Source of the DNA: Candidatus Woesearchaeota archaeon
GTDB lineage: Archaea > Nanobdellota > Nanobdellia > Woesearchaeales > UBA119
Length of the DNA stretch: 64,000 bases
Direction: 5' to 3'
Assembly (NCBI GenBank): GCA_035363095.1
Contig: DAOSEK010000004.1
Location: forward strand, 30,893 to 94,892
Within the stretch, counting starts at the first letter, position 1, and each line of letters starts with the position of its first letter. The position numbers were made by a program, and so were the translations under genes. This document shows positions 48,491 to 57,228 of the stretch, piece by piece. Below the pieces are notes generated by a model. That model saw nothing but the letters and a program-made list of their open reading frames with translations. It did not search any database and was not told the origin of the DNA.

Positions 48491-49044
48491 TTATTTCCTC
48501 AACTTTAAATAATATTTTTTTTGTTCTGCAATCTCATCCAAAATAGAATGTAATAATTTGGATTTTTCTTTGATATTTAATCCTTTAGAGTTTTGTTTTG
48601 CGGTATTTAATGCGTTTTTCAATTCTTCAATATCTATTATAGTCGATGCAATGCAATAATAGCTTTTTGAACGTCCCTCGTTAAATTCTTGTAGTATTTC
48701 TTTCAGAAGTTGTTCTCTTTTTTTTGTACCTTTTCGAATTTTGCTACTCCGTTTTTTTGAATAAAATCAATATCTTATTCTAGTTTTTGGTAGCATTTGA
48801 AGGAATCATGTTTCTTCCCAGCTTCTCTGTGTTTCTTCCATTTATCACAAGTTTTACTTTCTTCACAATCCCAGCAAAATTCGACCCCCTTCTTCTTTAT
48901 GGCACAGGTAATAAATGGACAACCAACAGCCATTCTTCCTTCGCTTTTACATCCTAAGCATCGACTTTCTGCTTCGGCATTATAATTGGGACAAAGTCGG
49001 CATGAAAGACCACATATTCCGATTTCAGGATATTTGATTTTCAT
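48491..49044 (-). pseudogene. Cys-rich (DUF3795-like) protein gene, interrupted by an in-frame TAA and a homopolymer frameshift
   Basis: The 89-aa ORF 48775-49044 (CGLSCRLCP..CLGCKSE..CPFITCA..CWDCEE) ends at TAA. Coding-looking sequence continues (DIDFIQKNGVAKFEKVQKK, then in another frame REQLLKEILQEFNEGRSKSYYCIAS...LKLRK*) after a T8 run at 48718-48725. Confidence 0.5.
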
Positions 49045-49101
49045 AGTATTTCCTTAAATAAAATTATCATCTTCTGTTTAATGATCTTGTTGTTTTCAGT
49101 A

Positions 49102-49115
49102 GGCGGGGTTCGGAA
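49102..49115. repeat. Cys-rich-protein cassette bracketing IR, right arm
   Basis: ggcggggttcggaa. Confidence 0.85.
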
Positions 49116-49120
49116 TTTCA

Positions 49121-49145
49121 TATAACATCGGAAGCCCTGTTAAGT
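49121..49145 (+). repeat. Cassette-junction core 8
   Basis: tataacatcggaagccctgttaagt. Confidence 0.8.
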
Positions 49146-49246
49146 GAGGGTCGAACGAAGTGAGAAGCGCAGCGTCCCCTTAAGTTGAGAATTTGTTCGT
49201 TCAAGTGAGAAGCACCATAAAATAAATACATCAAAAGGTTTTGGGC

Positions 49247-50026
49247 TTATTTCTTTCTAGCGATAAACAAGAGGTGATTCCCTATTCCTAACAATTCAGG
49301 TTTCGTGCATAGTTCCATCTCTAATTTTTTTAGCTTTGCCCATTTCTTTGGTTCATAAAATTGCTTTCTATCAACTGTATCAGTAATAGTTGGAGTTGAT
49401 GCAATTTCTAAAACTTCACAGCCATTTTTTTCTAAAAGTTGCTTCATTTCGTCAATCGCGTAAACATGGGTTCTTGGTCCCATACCGCAATATGTTTCAT
49501 GAGTTTTGTTTATATTAATCGCTTCTTTCAAATCTCCATCTTTAAGATATTGTCTCATGAAACCATATTTAGAATCACAACCAATAATCATAATTGAGTT
49601 TTTCTTAGCAACTCTTACTAATTCCTTCATGGCTTTGAATCTATTTTCAATAACATAAGAAATTGCATCTCCAACACACACAACAAAACTGAATTGTCCA
49701 TCTTTGAATTGTTTTAAGTTGCTGATGTCTCCCTCAAGAATATCAACTTTATTAGAGAGTTTAGCATTACTTACATTTTTGATGGCGTGATTAACTATCT
49801 CATTAGAAATATCAATTAAAGTTATATGCTTGGCTTTTTTAGCCATCATAATTGCATTAATTCCAGTTCCGCCACCAGCATCTAAAACGACATCAGTTTT
49901 TTTAATATATTTCTTGATAAAATCTCTTGGAATTTCAGTTCTTAAGGTTGGTTTCTTTTCTTGCCTATCTTCTTCATCAGCAATTTCATCATATCTTGAT
50001 TTTATTTTTTTAGGATCGTATTTCAT
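49247..50026 (-). CDS. Class I SAM-dependent methyltransferase
   Basis: VLDAGGGTGINA motif I; 259 aa. Confidence 0.8.
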   Translation of the reverse strand: MKYDPKKIKSRYDEIADEEDRQEKKPTLRTEIPRDFIKKYIKKTDVVLDAGGGTGINAIMMAKKAKHITLIDISNEIVNHAIKNVSNAKLSNKVDILEGDISNLKQFKDGQFSFVVCVGDAISYVIENRFKAMKELVRVAKKNSIMIIGCDSKYGFMRQYLKDGDLKEAININKTHETYCGMGPRTHVYAIDEMKQLLEKNGCEVLEIASTPTITDTVDRKQFYEPKKWAKLKKLEMELCTKPELLGIGNHLLFIARKK

Positions 50027-50125
50027 AGGGAATCACCTTATTAATATTTTAAAAAGAATATATTTAATAAATGTATCGAAAACCCAAAACCTTCATCAGT
50101 TAGTTAAGGACAAATTCTCAATTTC

Positions 50126-50150
50126 ACTTAACATCGTGTTTCTGTTAGTT
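50126..50150 (+). repeat. Cassette-junction core 9
   Basis: acttaacatcgtgtttctgttagtt. Confidence 0.7.
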
Positions 50151-50406
50151 GCGTCACGAAGTGACCGAGGGATAACTACAAGTGGTTTTTCACGAAGTGA
50201 AAAAATCCCGAAGAGTTATTTTCAAAGGCGACCAATCAAAAGAGCGAATGCAATATCCTCAAAAATTGTAAATTTTTGGGACATCAGAAATATCTGATTT
50301 CTTAGTGCATAAAGAACAAGAATCGAGGGACAATTTTATTATTATCAAGCAAGGAAGTGCCATCAAATAAACACATTGAGGCGAGAAAACTATTTTTTAT
50401 GTGTAA

Positions 50407-50874
50407 TTATATTATTTTAAATTCATACCAAAGCATTTCAAGAGTAGGAGTTATTTTTTCTTTTTTTGTTAATATAAAGTTTTTGGATTCAAAAAAATCT
50501 TTATTATCCATAAATTCAAAAGTATCAGTGATTATTTTATTAATATGTCTCAATTTACAATGCTTAATGAATTTTTCTAATAGTTTTTCTTTTATTTCAA
50601 TCTCCGTAGAAGCAATATAATGTATCATGGTTTGATTATTTAATACATCTTCGTATCCTACGATAAAGCCTACAAGTCTTTTAGAAGTCAAAGCACTAAA
50701 AGCAATCAACTTTGGATTTTCAAATTCTTTTATTATATTTTCTTCTTCTGCATGTTCCCTAAACTTATTAATAATTTCTTTTGGAAATTTTGGGTTGGGA
50801 TTATTTAATTCAGATAACATAAATTCGGATATTTGCTTTGAATGTTCGTTTTTTGCTTTGATTATTTTCATCAT
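50407..50874 (-). CDS. GNAT-like acetyltransferase (last gene of the RiPP-like operon)
   Basis: 155 aa with GNAT-like size and layout (LVGFIVGYE...). ATGA overlap with the upstream radical SAM gene. Confidence 0.55.
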   Translation of the reverse strand: MMKIIKAKNEHSKQISEFMLSELNNPNPKFPKEIINKFREHAEEENIIKEFENPKLIAFSALTSKRLVGFIVGYEDVLNNQTMIHYIASTEIEIKEKLLEKFIKHCKLRHINKIITDTFEFMDNKDFFESKNFILTKKEKITPTLEMLWYEFKII

Positions 50875-51788
50875 TGATACCTTAACTTTGATTTGGTTAT
50901 TTTATCTAATTCACTAGTTCCAAACATATCAATATATTCTTTCCATGCAGATTCCCATGCCCACGAACAATTTTTGTTTATTAAACAATCGTTACAGTAG
51001 TCTGGTTGAGCCACGTCTAAATTTCCAAAAATAGTTTCTTCAGGAGAGATATAAATCATTTCTTTTGTCATTTCTTTCCAATTTATACTCAAATATTTCC
51101 AATAAGAAGGGTCTAATGTGCAAGAAGGAATAATAAAAACCCCTAAGTTTTTATCTCTTCGAATCGCTTCATCTAATGCATCTTCAATATATGGCTTCAT
51201 TTCTTTATATCTGGCAACAAGTTGTTCACGATTATCATTTGCATGTCCCCTCATAATTAAACCATGAATCGAAACCCATGCAGAATGAAAAGTATCATAT
51301 GCAAAACTAACAAAATCTGAAAGCTCTTGATAATTTTGTTTTAAAACTATTGTTTTTACAGAAATAGGTAATTCAATTTCTTCTAAATTTTTTAAACCTT
51401 GTAATGTATCTAAAAAACTTCCTTTTCTTTGAGTAATCATATCATGTTTTTCTTCGTATGGACTATAAAAAGTAGTCATTACTCTATCGACACCAACTTC
51501 TTTCACTTGCTTACTGAAGGATTTATCTTTAAATTTACGACCATTAGAAAGGATAATAAGGTTTGTATCATGATTAGATTTTAGATAATGGCAAATATCA
51601 AATAAATCTTCTCTTAATGTTGGTTCGCCACCGCTAATCTCGATGTAGTCATCTTTGGATGGTTTTATCAAGTCAATCTTTTCAATAATTTGGTCTAAAT
51701 TTAAACGTCCTTTTTCATCTAATTTTTTGGCACAGGAAATACAAGCACTATTACAAGCGTAGTCGGTAACTAAAAATATTTTTCTCAT
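50871..51788 (-). CDS. Radical SAM enzyme with partial SPASM/twitch-like C-terminal Cys cluster
   Basis: DYACNSACISC (CX3CX2C), ISGGEPTL, C-terminal CNDCLINKNC (CX2CX5C). Confidence 0.8.
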   Translation of the reverse strand: MRKIFLVTDYACNSACISCAKKLDEKGRLNLDQIIEKIDLIKPSKDDYIEISGGEPTLREDLFDICHYLKSNHDTNLIILSNGRKFKDKSFSKQVKEVGVDRVMTTFYSPYEEKHDMITQRKGSFLDTLQGLKNLEEIELPISVKTIVLKQNYQELSDFVSFAYDTFHSAWVSIHGLIMRGHANDNREQLVARYKEMKPYIEDALDEAIRRDKNLGVFIIPSCTLDPSYWKYLSINWKEMTKEMIYISPEETIFGNLDVAQPDYCNDCLINKNCSWAWESAWKEYIDMFGTSELDKITKSKLRYQ

Positions 51789-52672
51789 TTTTTTACCTCA
51801 AAAACTGGAGAGTAATAAACACAAAGAGACTCGTTTTTACCCTTTTCTGAGAATGTTAGACCTATGTGGCTATATTTTATTGGTGCATTAAATTCTAAAA
51901 GATTTGTTATTTCTTTAAAATTCCTAAATCTATTAGGAATACTCTTCTCTATCATTTTTTCAATGTTCTGATTTGAGTAATTAGCAACTTCAAAAAATAT
52001 AGATAAACCTTCAAACCCTTCTTTTGAATATTTCTTAGAAATGGTTGTATCTTTGAGTATTTCATCAGAAGATAATTGTAAAAAATATTCGAAATATCTA
52101 GAATTGATGCCTGAATCTTCTAAATATTTTTTGGTTCTAAAGAAATCTACATCTTTTTCTCGCGAATATATTTTCACATTCCTATGATTTGTTTTGTAGA
52201 AATCTACTCCTAAAAGATAACTGTTTTTTAATTCTTCTTCAACCATTTGTATTTTCTTGATGCGATTTATCTTTAAAAAATCATTTATATGCTTAATTGG
52301 TTCGGTATTAAATTCTAAGTTATCTGGTAGTCTTAAAAGATAAATTTTTAATCTACTACTTCTATCATTATAATCAAATCCTAATGCTATTTCTGGGGCA
52401 ATCTTTTCTGCAAAATTGAGAGTTTCGTTCAGATTTGAGATATCATAATCACTTTCTTTTAAGAAAGGTCTAATTTTCTTTATATTATGTAATTTGAACA
52501 ATCCGAATCTTAAATCAAATTTATCTTGTGGATTAATTAACAATGAAAATTCGATTCTATTTTGTAGGTCTTCATAATCTGAATATAATTCATCATATGT
52601 TTTTGTGAATTCAGAAAAATCAATACAATGGAACCACTTAATATGATCTTCTAAATAACTAAGAGATTCCAT
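51785..52672 (-). CDS. Hypothetical 295-aa protein co-transcribed with the precursor-like peptide and radical SAM gene
   Basis: No catalytic motif recognised. Recurrent strand-like K(I/V)Y segments (RLKIYLL, NVKIYS, LSIFFEV, LCVYYSP). ATGA overlap with the downstream gene. Confidence 0.5.
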   Translation of the reverse strand: MESLSYLEDHIKWFHCIDFSEFTKTYDELYSDYEDLQNRIEFSLLINPQDKFDLRFGLFKLHNIKKIRPFLKESDYDISNLNETLNFAEKIAPEIALGFDYNDRSSRLKIYLLRLPDNLEFNTEPIKHINDFLKINRIKKIQMVEEELKNSYLLGVDFYKTNHRNVKIYSREKDVDFFRTKKYLEDSGINSRYFEYFLQLSSDEILKDTTISKKYSKEGFEGLSIFFEVANYSNQNIEKMIEKSIPNRFRNFKEITNLLEFNAPIKYSHIGLTFSEKGKNESLCVYYSPVFEVKK

Positions 52673-52688
52673 TTTTCAAAAAACGAAG

Positions 52689-52886
52689 TTAATACCAACT
52701 TCCAGGACCCATTCCTACATTATATTTTTGTATTTCACCTTTAGGATTGTCTGAATCCAAGGGTACATATTTACCTAATTTCTGTGAGTATATCGTAGGT
52801 ATCTCGTCCTTTGTGGCATAATTAGTTCTATCTTCAGATAGTTTTGAACTTATATTTTCTTTTTCAACGATTTGTGTTAAACTCAT
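52689..52886 (-). CDS. 65-aa Cys-free peptide, candidate RiPP precursor (C-terminus GMGPGSWY)
   Basis: First gene of the operon. gaggggg SD 7 nt upstream and a tttatata box about 70 nt upstream. Confidence 0.5.
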   Translation of the reverse strand: MSLTQIVEKENISSKLSEDRTNYATKDEIPTIYSQKLGKYVPLDSDNPKGEIQKYNVGMGPGSWY

Positions 52887-53059
52887 TTTGTTTTACCCCC
52901 TCAAAAATTTTTTCAGTCATTTGGCTGATACTTATTACTAAATCATTGAAATATATAAAGTTTATGTTGATTTTTCCGGAAAGTTTTCGGAAATAGTTTT
53001 CTCGCCCTTAAATAATAAAATTGTCCCCTTCTACTTTTTAGCCCTTGAAAATAATTGCA

Positions 53060-53083
53060 ATTAACATCGGGGCCCTGTTCTAT
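53060..53083 (+). repeat. Cassette-junction core 10
   Basis: attaacatcggggccctgttctat. Confidence 0.75.
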
Positions 53084-53203
53084 TCGTCTGAATACTTGGA
53101 GGACTTGATTTTTAGTGCAACGATGCCGAAGGCAAAAAATCAAAGTAATTTCGGGGCCGTATTAAATCCAGCGAACAAAGTGAGCCATAAAGAATAAGTA
53201 TCA

Positions 53204-53246
53204 AGGGGCAATTATCAGTTTTTTTTTCGTCGTGGGGGGAATTCCG
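53204..53246. repeat. Left terminal inverted repeat of the MBL/radical-SAM cassette
   Basis: aggggcaattatc..cgtcgtggggggaattccg. Partner at 55744-55795 (cggaattccccgcctcgtcg..gaaaattgccccc). Confidence 0.75.
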
Positions 53247-53253
53247 TTTTTTG

Positions 53254-53276
53254 CTTCTTTTTTAAGAAAAAAGAAG
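53254..53276. terminator. T-rich perfect palindrome downstream of the MBL gene
   Basis: cttctttttt-aa-gaaaaaagaag, 10 nt past the stop on the minus strand. Confidence 0.35.
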
Positions 53277-53285
53277 ATTTTCAAA

Positions 53286-54182
53286 TTATAGTTTTTCCCA
53301 GAATAGAGAATTATCTTTCACTTCTACTTTTAATTTTCCTCTTTCATGTAAAGAACTAAGATAAGCCATAGCAACCGTATTCATTAAATAATACTGTTGT
53401 ATTCCTCTCATATCTATTTTGTAATGGTCGCACATATCTTTTAGGACTTGTTGAGTACTTTTTCTTCCATGAAATTCCTCTAAAAGATATTTTTCGACTC
53501 CATCAATTGCTTCAAGATTTGCATCGACTAATTCATTTAAAGACCCTCTTGGTTCAGCATGAGAAGGAACATAAAACTTATATTGAGAATTTCTTAAAAA
53601 TCTCAAAGTTTCTTTAGTCCTATCTATATCAGCATAAAAAGGGATTTTGTGTCTTCTCAGCACATCTTCTGAAAAAAGAGAGTCTGCACAAAATAAAACT
53701 TCATCAACTTCTACACCCACTTGATTAGGAGCATGTCCTGGCAAAGGAACAATTCCTAATTCAACTTCATCAAATTTTAATTTTCGCTCATCTCTTTTTA
53801 TTACATAATCAACATCAGAAGGTTGAGCCATTAAAAATTTATTTTGTAACTCTTTCAAAGGGCTTGCTCCAGAAAATAAATAAAGAGGTTCAAGCGAAGG
53901 AAACTGTATTATTGCAGACTCAACTTCGGGTGCATAAATTTTTGCTCTTGTTTTTTCTTTTATATATCTGTTGCCCCCACAATGATCTGCATGTGAATGG
54001 GTATTAATTATCGCTTTTGGAAATAAGCCGTTTTCTTCTAAAAGTTTTAATACTTTTTTTCCAGTATCATCATCTAAACCAGAGTCTATTAAAATGACTG
54101 ATTTTTCTCCGTCTTTTACAACTCCTATATTTGCGGGATTGGGTATGTAATAAACCCCCTCACTTATTTTTTTCATTTCCAT
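53286..54182 (-). CDS. MBL-fold metallo-hydrolase
   Basis: HSHADHCGG motif; 298 aa. Confidence 0.8.
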   Translation of the reverse strand: MEMKKISEGVYYIPNPANIGVVKDGEKSVILIDSGLDDDTGKKVLKLLEENGLFPKAIINTHSHADHCGGNRYIKEKTRAKIYAPEVESAIIQFPSLEPLYLFSGASPLKELQNKFLMAQPSDVDYVIKRDERKLKFDEVELGIVPLPGHAPNQVGVEVDEVLFCADSLFSEDVLRRHKIPFYADIDRTKETLRFLRNSQYKFYVPSHAEPRGSLNELVDANLEAIDGVEKYLLEEFHGRKSTQQVLKDMCDHYKIDMRGIQQYYLMNTVAMAYLSSLHERGKLKVEVKDNSLFWEKL

Positions 54183-54197
54183 TCTCCATTAACCTCT

Positions 54198-55625
54198 TTA
54201 TACAAGTACATAGCAGTGAGACATTTTTAGTTGTTGTCTCCCTTCTATCTTTTGTAATCTGAATGAACCTGCTTGAGTTGTTGGTTTATCTGTCAAATCA
54301 AGAGTTTCTATATAAACTTTAATTTTGTCTTTTAATAAATATTTTTCAGTTCCACAACCGGGGGCATGATAAGTTTTACTTTGCCATTGTGCTTTACAAA
54401 CACAACCTCCTCCACAAGAAGGCAGATAGGCATGTTCTCTGCATTGTTCAATATTAACAGGATTTCTTTCTAGAACATCTCCGTAAACAGAAGTTTTTTC
54501 TAAATTCCCATCAAAATCAATTCTTCCAACCATGTGTTCTTTTAATCCAACAAGTTCCCAGCATTTGTAAACCTCTCCAAATGCATCAATTATGTAAGAA
54601 CCGTCAGCAACACTACTACAAGGAAGTGGCTGAATCTGTGGCCTAATATCTAAAGGAAACCCTCTTTCGTGAGCTTTTCTCCAAAGTTCAGGCATGACTC
54701 TAAATAATTTTAAATCCGATAAGGTATGGCTTTCAAAATCAGCACATGCGTCAGTAAAAGAAGTTATATAACAAAAATCAGGATATACATGAGTTAAATC
54801 TCTAGACTTAAGTTCATCTAATAATCTTTCCATAGTAGGATATGTTTCGTCCGTAAGACTTATTCTAATATGTGTCTCAACATCTGTTCCCCGTGTCATG
54901 CCAAGAACTCTTGCTATATCCTCAAAAGAACCCCTTCTGTCTTCTTTGTAGAATCTATATTTGTTATGCATTTCTGGATCACCATCAACAGGAATTTGCA
55001 ATCTAGTTCCGTATCCAGAAAGCCATCTAACCATATTCTCGTCTATTAAACTGCCATTACTCAAGACATGCAAACCAAAAGCAATATTATTTTTTCTTGC
55101 CCATTCTGAAACCTCTTCAGTTAATTCTCTGCCCATTTCTCTTGCTCCAGGCAAGAAAGGTTCTCCGCCATAAAGAACAAGTTCTAATTTTCGGGCGCCT
55201 CTTTCAGTAGTTGTTTTTTTAATAAATTTTTTAGTTGCACCTAATAATTCAGGACTCATCGATTTAAATCCATGAATTTGTTGACCTTTTTCTCCCCTGC
55301 CTTGATAACAATAAGGACATTCAAAATTACAATCATAAGTTAACAAAGCATTAAATTCAACATTTTCTCTTCCATCTTTCCATCTTCTGTGCATTTGGGC
55401 ATATTCTTCTAATTCATCTAATCGGGGAGGAATTAATATTCCCTGTTCTTTCAAATCTTCAACTAAACCGTCTAATGAAGAATTATCAAGAGGTGCTAAA
55501 TCTTTGCTTTTTAGTAATTGGGCTAATTCTGGATTAACTCTGCTTATAGAACCTCTTAAGGTATTGTAAACTAATTCAGTCCCATTATTCTCTCGCACAA
55601 ATACATTAAATCTGGAATTTTTCAT
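54198..55625 (-). CDS. Radical SAM / SPASM-domain maturase-like enzyme
   Basis: YDCNFECPYCYQG (CX3CX2C), GGEPFL, C-terminal Cys cluster (YKCWE..., CREHAYLPSCGGGCVC), N-terminal FNVFVRENNGTELVYNTLRGS typical of anSME/peptide-maturase relatives. Confidence 0.82.
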   Translation of the reverse strand: MKNSRFNVFVRENNGTELVYNTLRGSISRVNPELAQLLKSKDLAPLDNSSLDGLVEDLKEQGILIPPRLDELEEYAQMHRRWKDGRENVEFNALLTYDCNFECPYCYQGRGEKGQQIHGFKSMSPELLGATKKFIKKTTTERGARKLELVLYGGEPFLPGAREMGRELTEEVSEWARKNNIAFGLHVLSNGSLIDENMVRWLSGYGTRLQIPVDGDPEMHNKYRFYKEDRRGSFEDIARVLGMTRGTDVETHIRISLTDETYPTMERLLDELKSRDLTHVYPDFCYITSFTDACADFESHTLSDLKLFRVMPELWRKAHERGFPLDIRPQIQPLPCSSVADGSYIIDAFGEVYKCWELVGLKEHMVGRIDFDGNLEKTSVYGDVLERNPVNIEQCREHAYLPSCGGGCVCKAQWQSKTYHAPGCGTEKYLLKDKIKVYIETLDLTDKPTTQAGSFRLQKIEGRQQLKMSHCYVLV

Positions 55626-55743
55626 TTTTATTCTACTCCAAGCTTGTTTTGTTATAAAAAGGTATTGTTCTAAATTTTATAAACCTCTTGCTTCTAAAGT
55701 CGTAACACTTTTGAGGAAGCTGGGAGTATCTGTCCGTAGGACT

Positions 55744-55795
55744 CGGAATTCCCCGCCTCGTCGTTTTTGTTTTTAGTTTTTAGAAAATTGCCCCC
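55744..55795. repeat. Right terminal inverted repeat of the MBL/radical-SAM cassette
   Basis: cggaattccccgcctcgtcg-tttttgtttttagttttta-gaaaattgccccc. Confidence 0.75.
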
Positions 55796-55820
55796 TTCGT
55801 TAGCCCCTGAAATTATTGAA

Positions 55821-55845
55821 TAGAACATCGGAATTCCTGTTAGTT
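55821..55845 (+). repeat. Cassette-junction core 11
   Basis: tagaacatcggaattcctgttagtt. Confidence 0.8.
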
Positions 55846-56115
55846 TCGTTTTCGGTTACGAAGTCCCGAAAACCTGCGTCCGCAGAGTCGGGAGAAAGGG
55901 CGTTCCATCAAATGAGCGAATGCGATATCCTCAAAAATTGTAAATTTTTGGGACATCAGAAATCTTTGATTTCTTAGTGCATCAATAACAAGAATTTAGG
56001 GGCAGTTTTCCGTTACATTTATATATACAAAGGAATATACATATCTTGTAATGGTTATAGTAAAGGGGATAGTCCTGCCTTAGGGCAAGACAGTAAATCC
56101 CCTATTTTTTTAAAA

Positions 56116-56778
56116 ATGAAAATTGCTATATTTGTGGATTCTGAAAATTTTCGTGCAAGTATAAATTGCATTAATGAAGAGCGTAAACAAGATAGGTATA
56201 TTGATTGGCATAAAATTAATTTGTTTGTTCTAGATTATTTGTCAAATAATCCTCAATTTAAAAATGAAAAATTGAGTCATATTAGAACATATGTTTATAC
56301 TGGAGAATATACTGAACATTTGATCAAAAGAATTGAAGATGCAATAAAAAAGGACACAAAAAATGAAAATTTGAAAAGAATTCTTGAATCAGCAAAGCAT
56401 AATCGGCAGGCACAGATTGATTTTTATAAAAAAGCAAACTCGTACTATTTTTTTGAAATTAGAAAAAAACCCCTTCAATTTACATCTTCTAAAGGTATAT
56501 TTCAGAAAGGTGTAGACGTACAAATCGCAGTAGATTTAGTATCTTTTGCTCATCAAAATTTTTATGATGTTGCGGTAATATTTTCAGGTGATATAGATTT
56601 ACTTGAATCTCTTAAAACGGTAAAAAATTTAGGTAAGCAAGTAATAATATTTTCCCATTACAAAAATATTGCTGTTGAAATGAAAAGAGAAGCAGATATG
56701 TATATTAATTTTCAGAATCTTGCTGATAAACAATTGGATGGAATTGCACATATGTTCCAAAAGAAACAAAATCACTAG
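56116..56778 (+). CDS. NYN (LabA-like) domain putative RNase
   Basis: MKIAIFVDSENF, GVDVQIAVDLV, VIFSGDIDL. Confidence 0.72.
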   Translation: MKIAIFVDSENFRASINCINEERKQDRYIDWHKINLFVLDYLSNNPQFKNEKLSHIRTYVYTGEYTEHLIKRIEDAIKKDTKNENLKRILESAKHNRQAQIDFYKKANSYYFFEIRKKPLQFTSSKGIFQKGVDVQIAVDLVSFAHQNFYDVAVIFSGDIDLLESLKTVKNLGKQVIIFSHYKNIAVEMKREADMYINFQNLADKQLDGIAHMFQKKQNH

Positions 56779-56819
56779 GAAAACTGCCCCTTTCCGTTTT
56801 TAGCCCTTTCTCCCGATTG

Positions 56820-56957
56820 AAACTAACATCGGAATTTAACGAAGTTTATTTTTCAGAGCGGAGGAATTTTGAGGCACCCCACAAAATTCCGACCTCGAAA
56901 AATAAATTTGGGTGGAGAAACCTGCAAGGTTTCGGAACCGTTAAATTCCTGTTCTAT
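56820..56957 (+). repeat. Cassette-junction core 12, long form (138 bp, branched)
   Basis: aactaacatcggaatttaacg...[two internal hairpins]...cggaaccgttaaattcctgttctat. Confidence 0.75.
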
Positions 56958-57228
56958 TCGTCCGAATACTTGGAGGACTTGATTTTTAGTGCAACGATGC
57001 CGAAGGCAAAAAATCAAAGTAATTTCAGGGGCGTATTCAATCAAGGGAACAAAGTGAGCTATAAAGAATAAGTATCAAGGGGCAATTTTCAGTTCGTCGT
57101 TCGTGGGGGGAATTCCGTTTTTTGCTTCTTTTTTCTTAAAACAGACGATTTTTAGAGTGGGCTTTTATTTTGGTTCTTTTTCTAAAAAAAGAGATAAAAA
57201 GTATATTTAATTCTTCGTTTATTATTTC

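Noticed and set aside
52943-53143. 66-aa ORF, plus the look-alike ORFs 56853-57044 (-) and 56817-57071 (+), which share the peptide IFCLRHRCTKNQVLQVF.
   Set aside because: The similarity comes from the duplicated ~145-bp junction linker. The ORFs cross cores and stems, and no SD or TATA is visible. A small conserved protein cannot be formally excluded.
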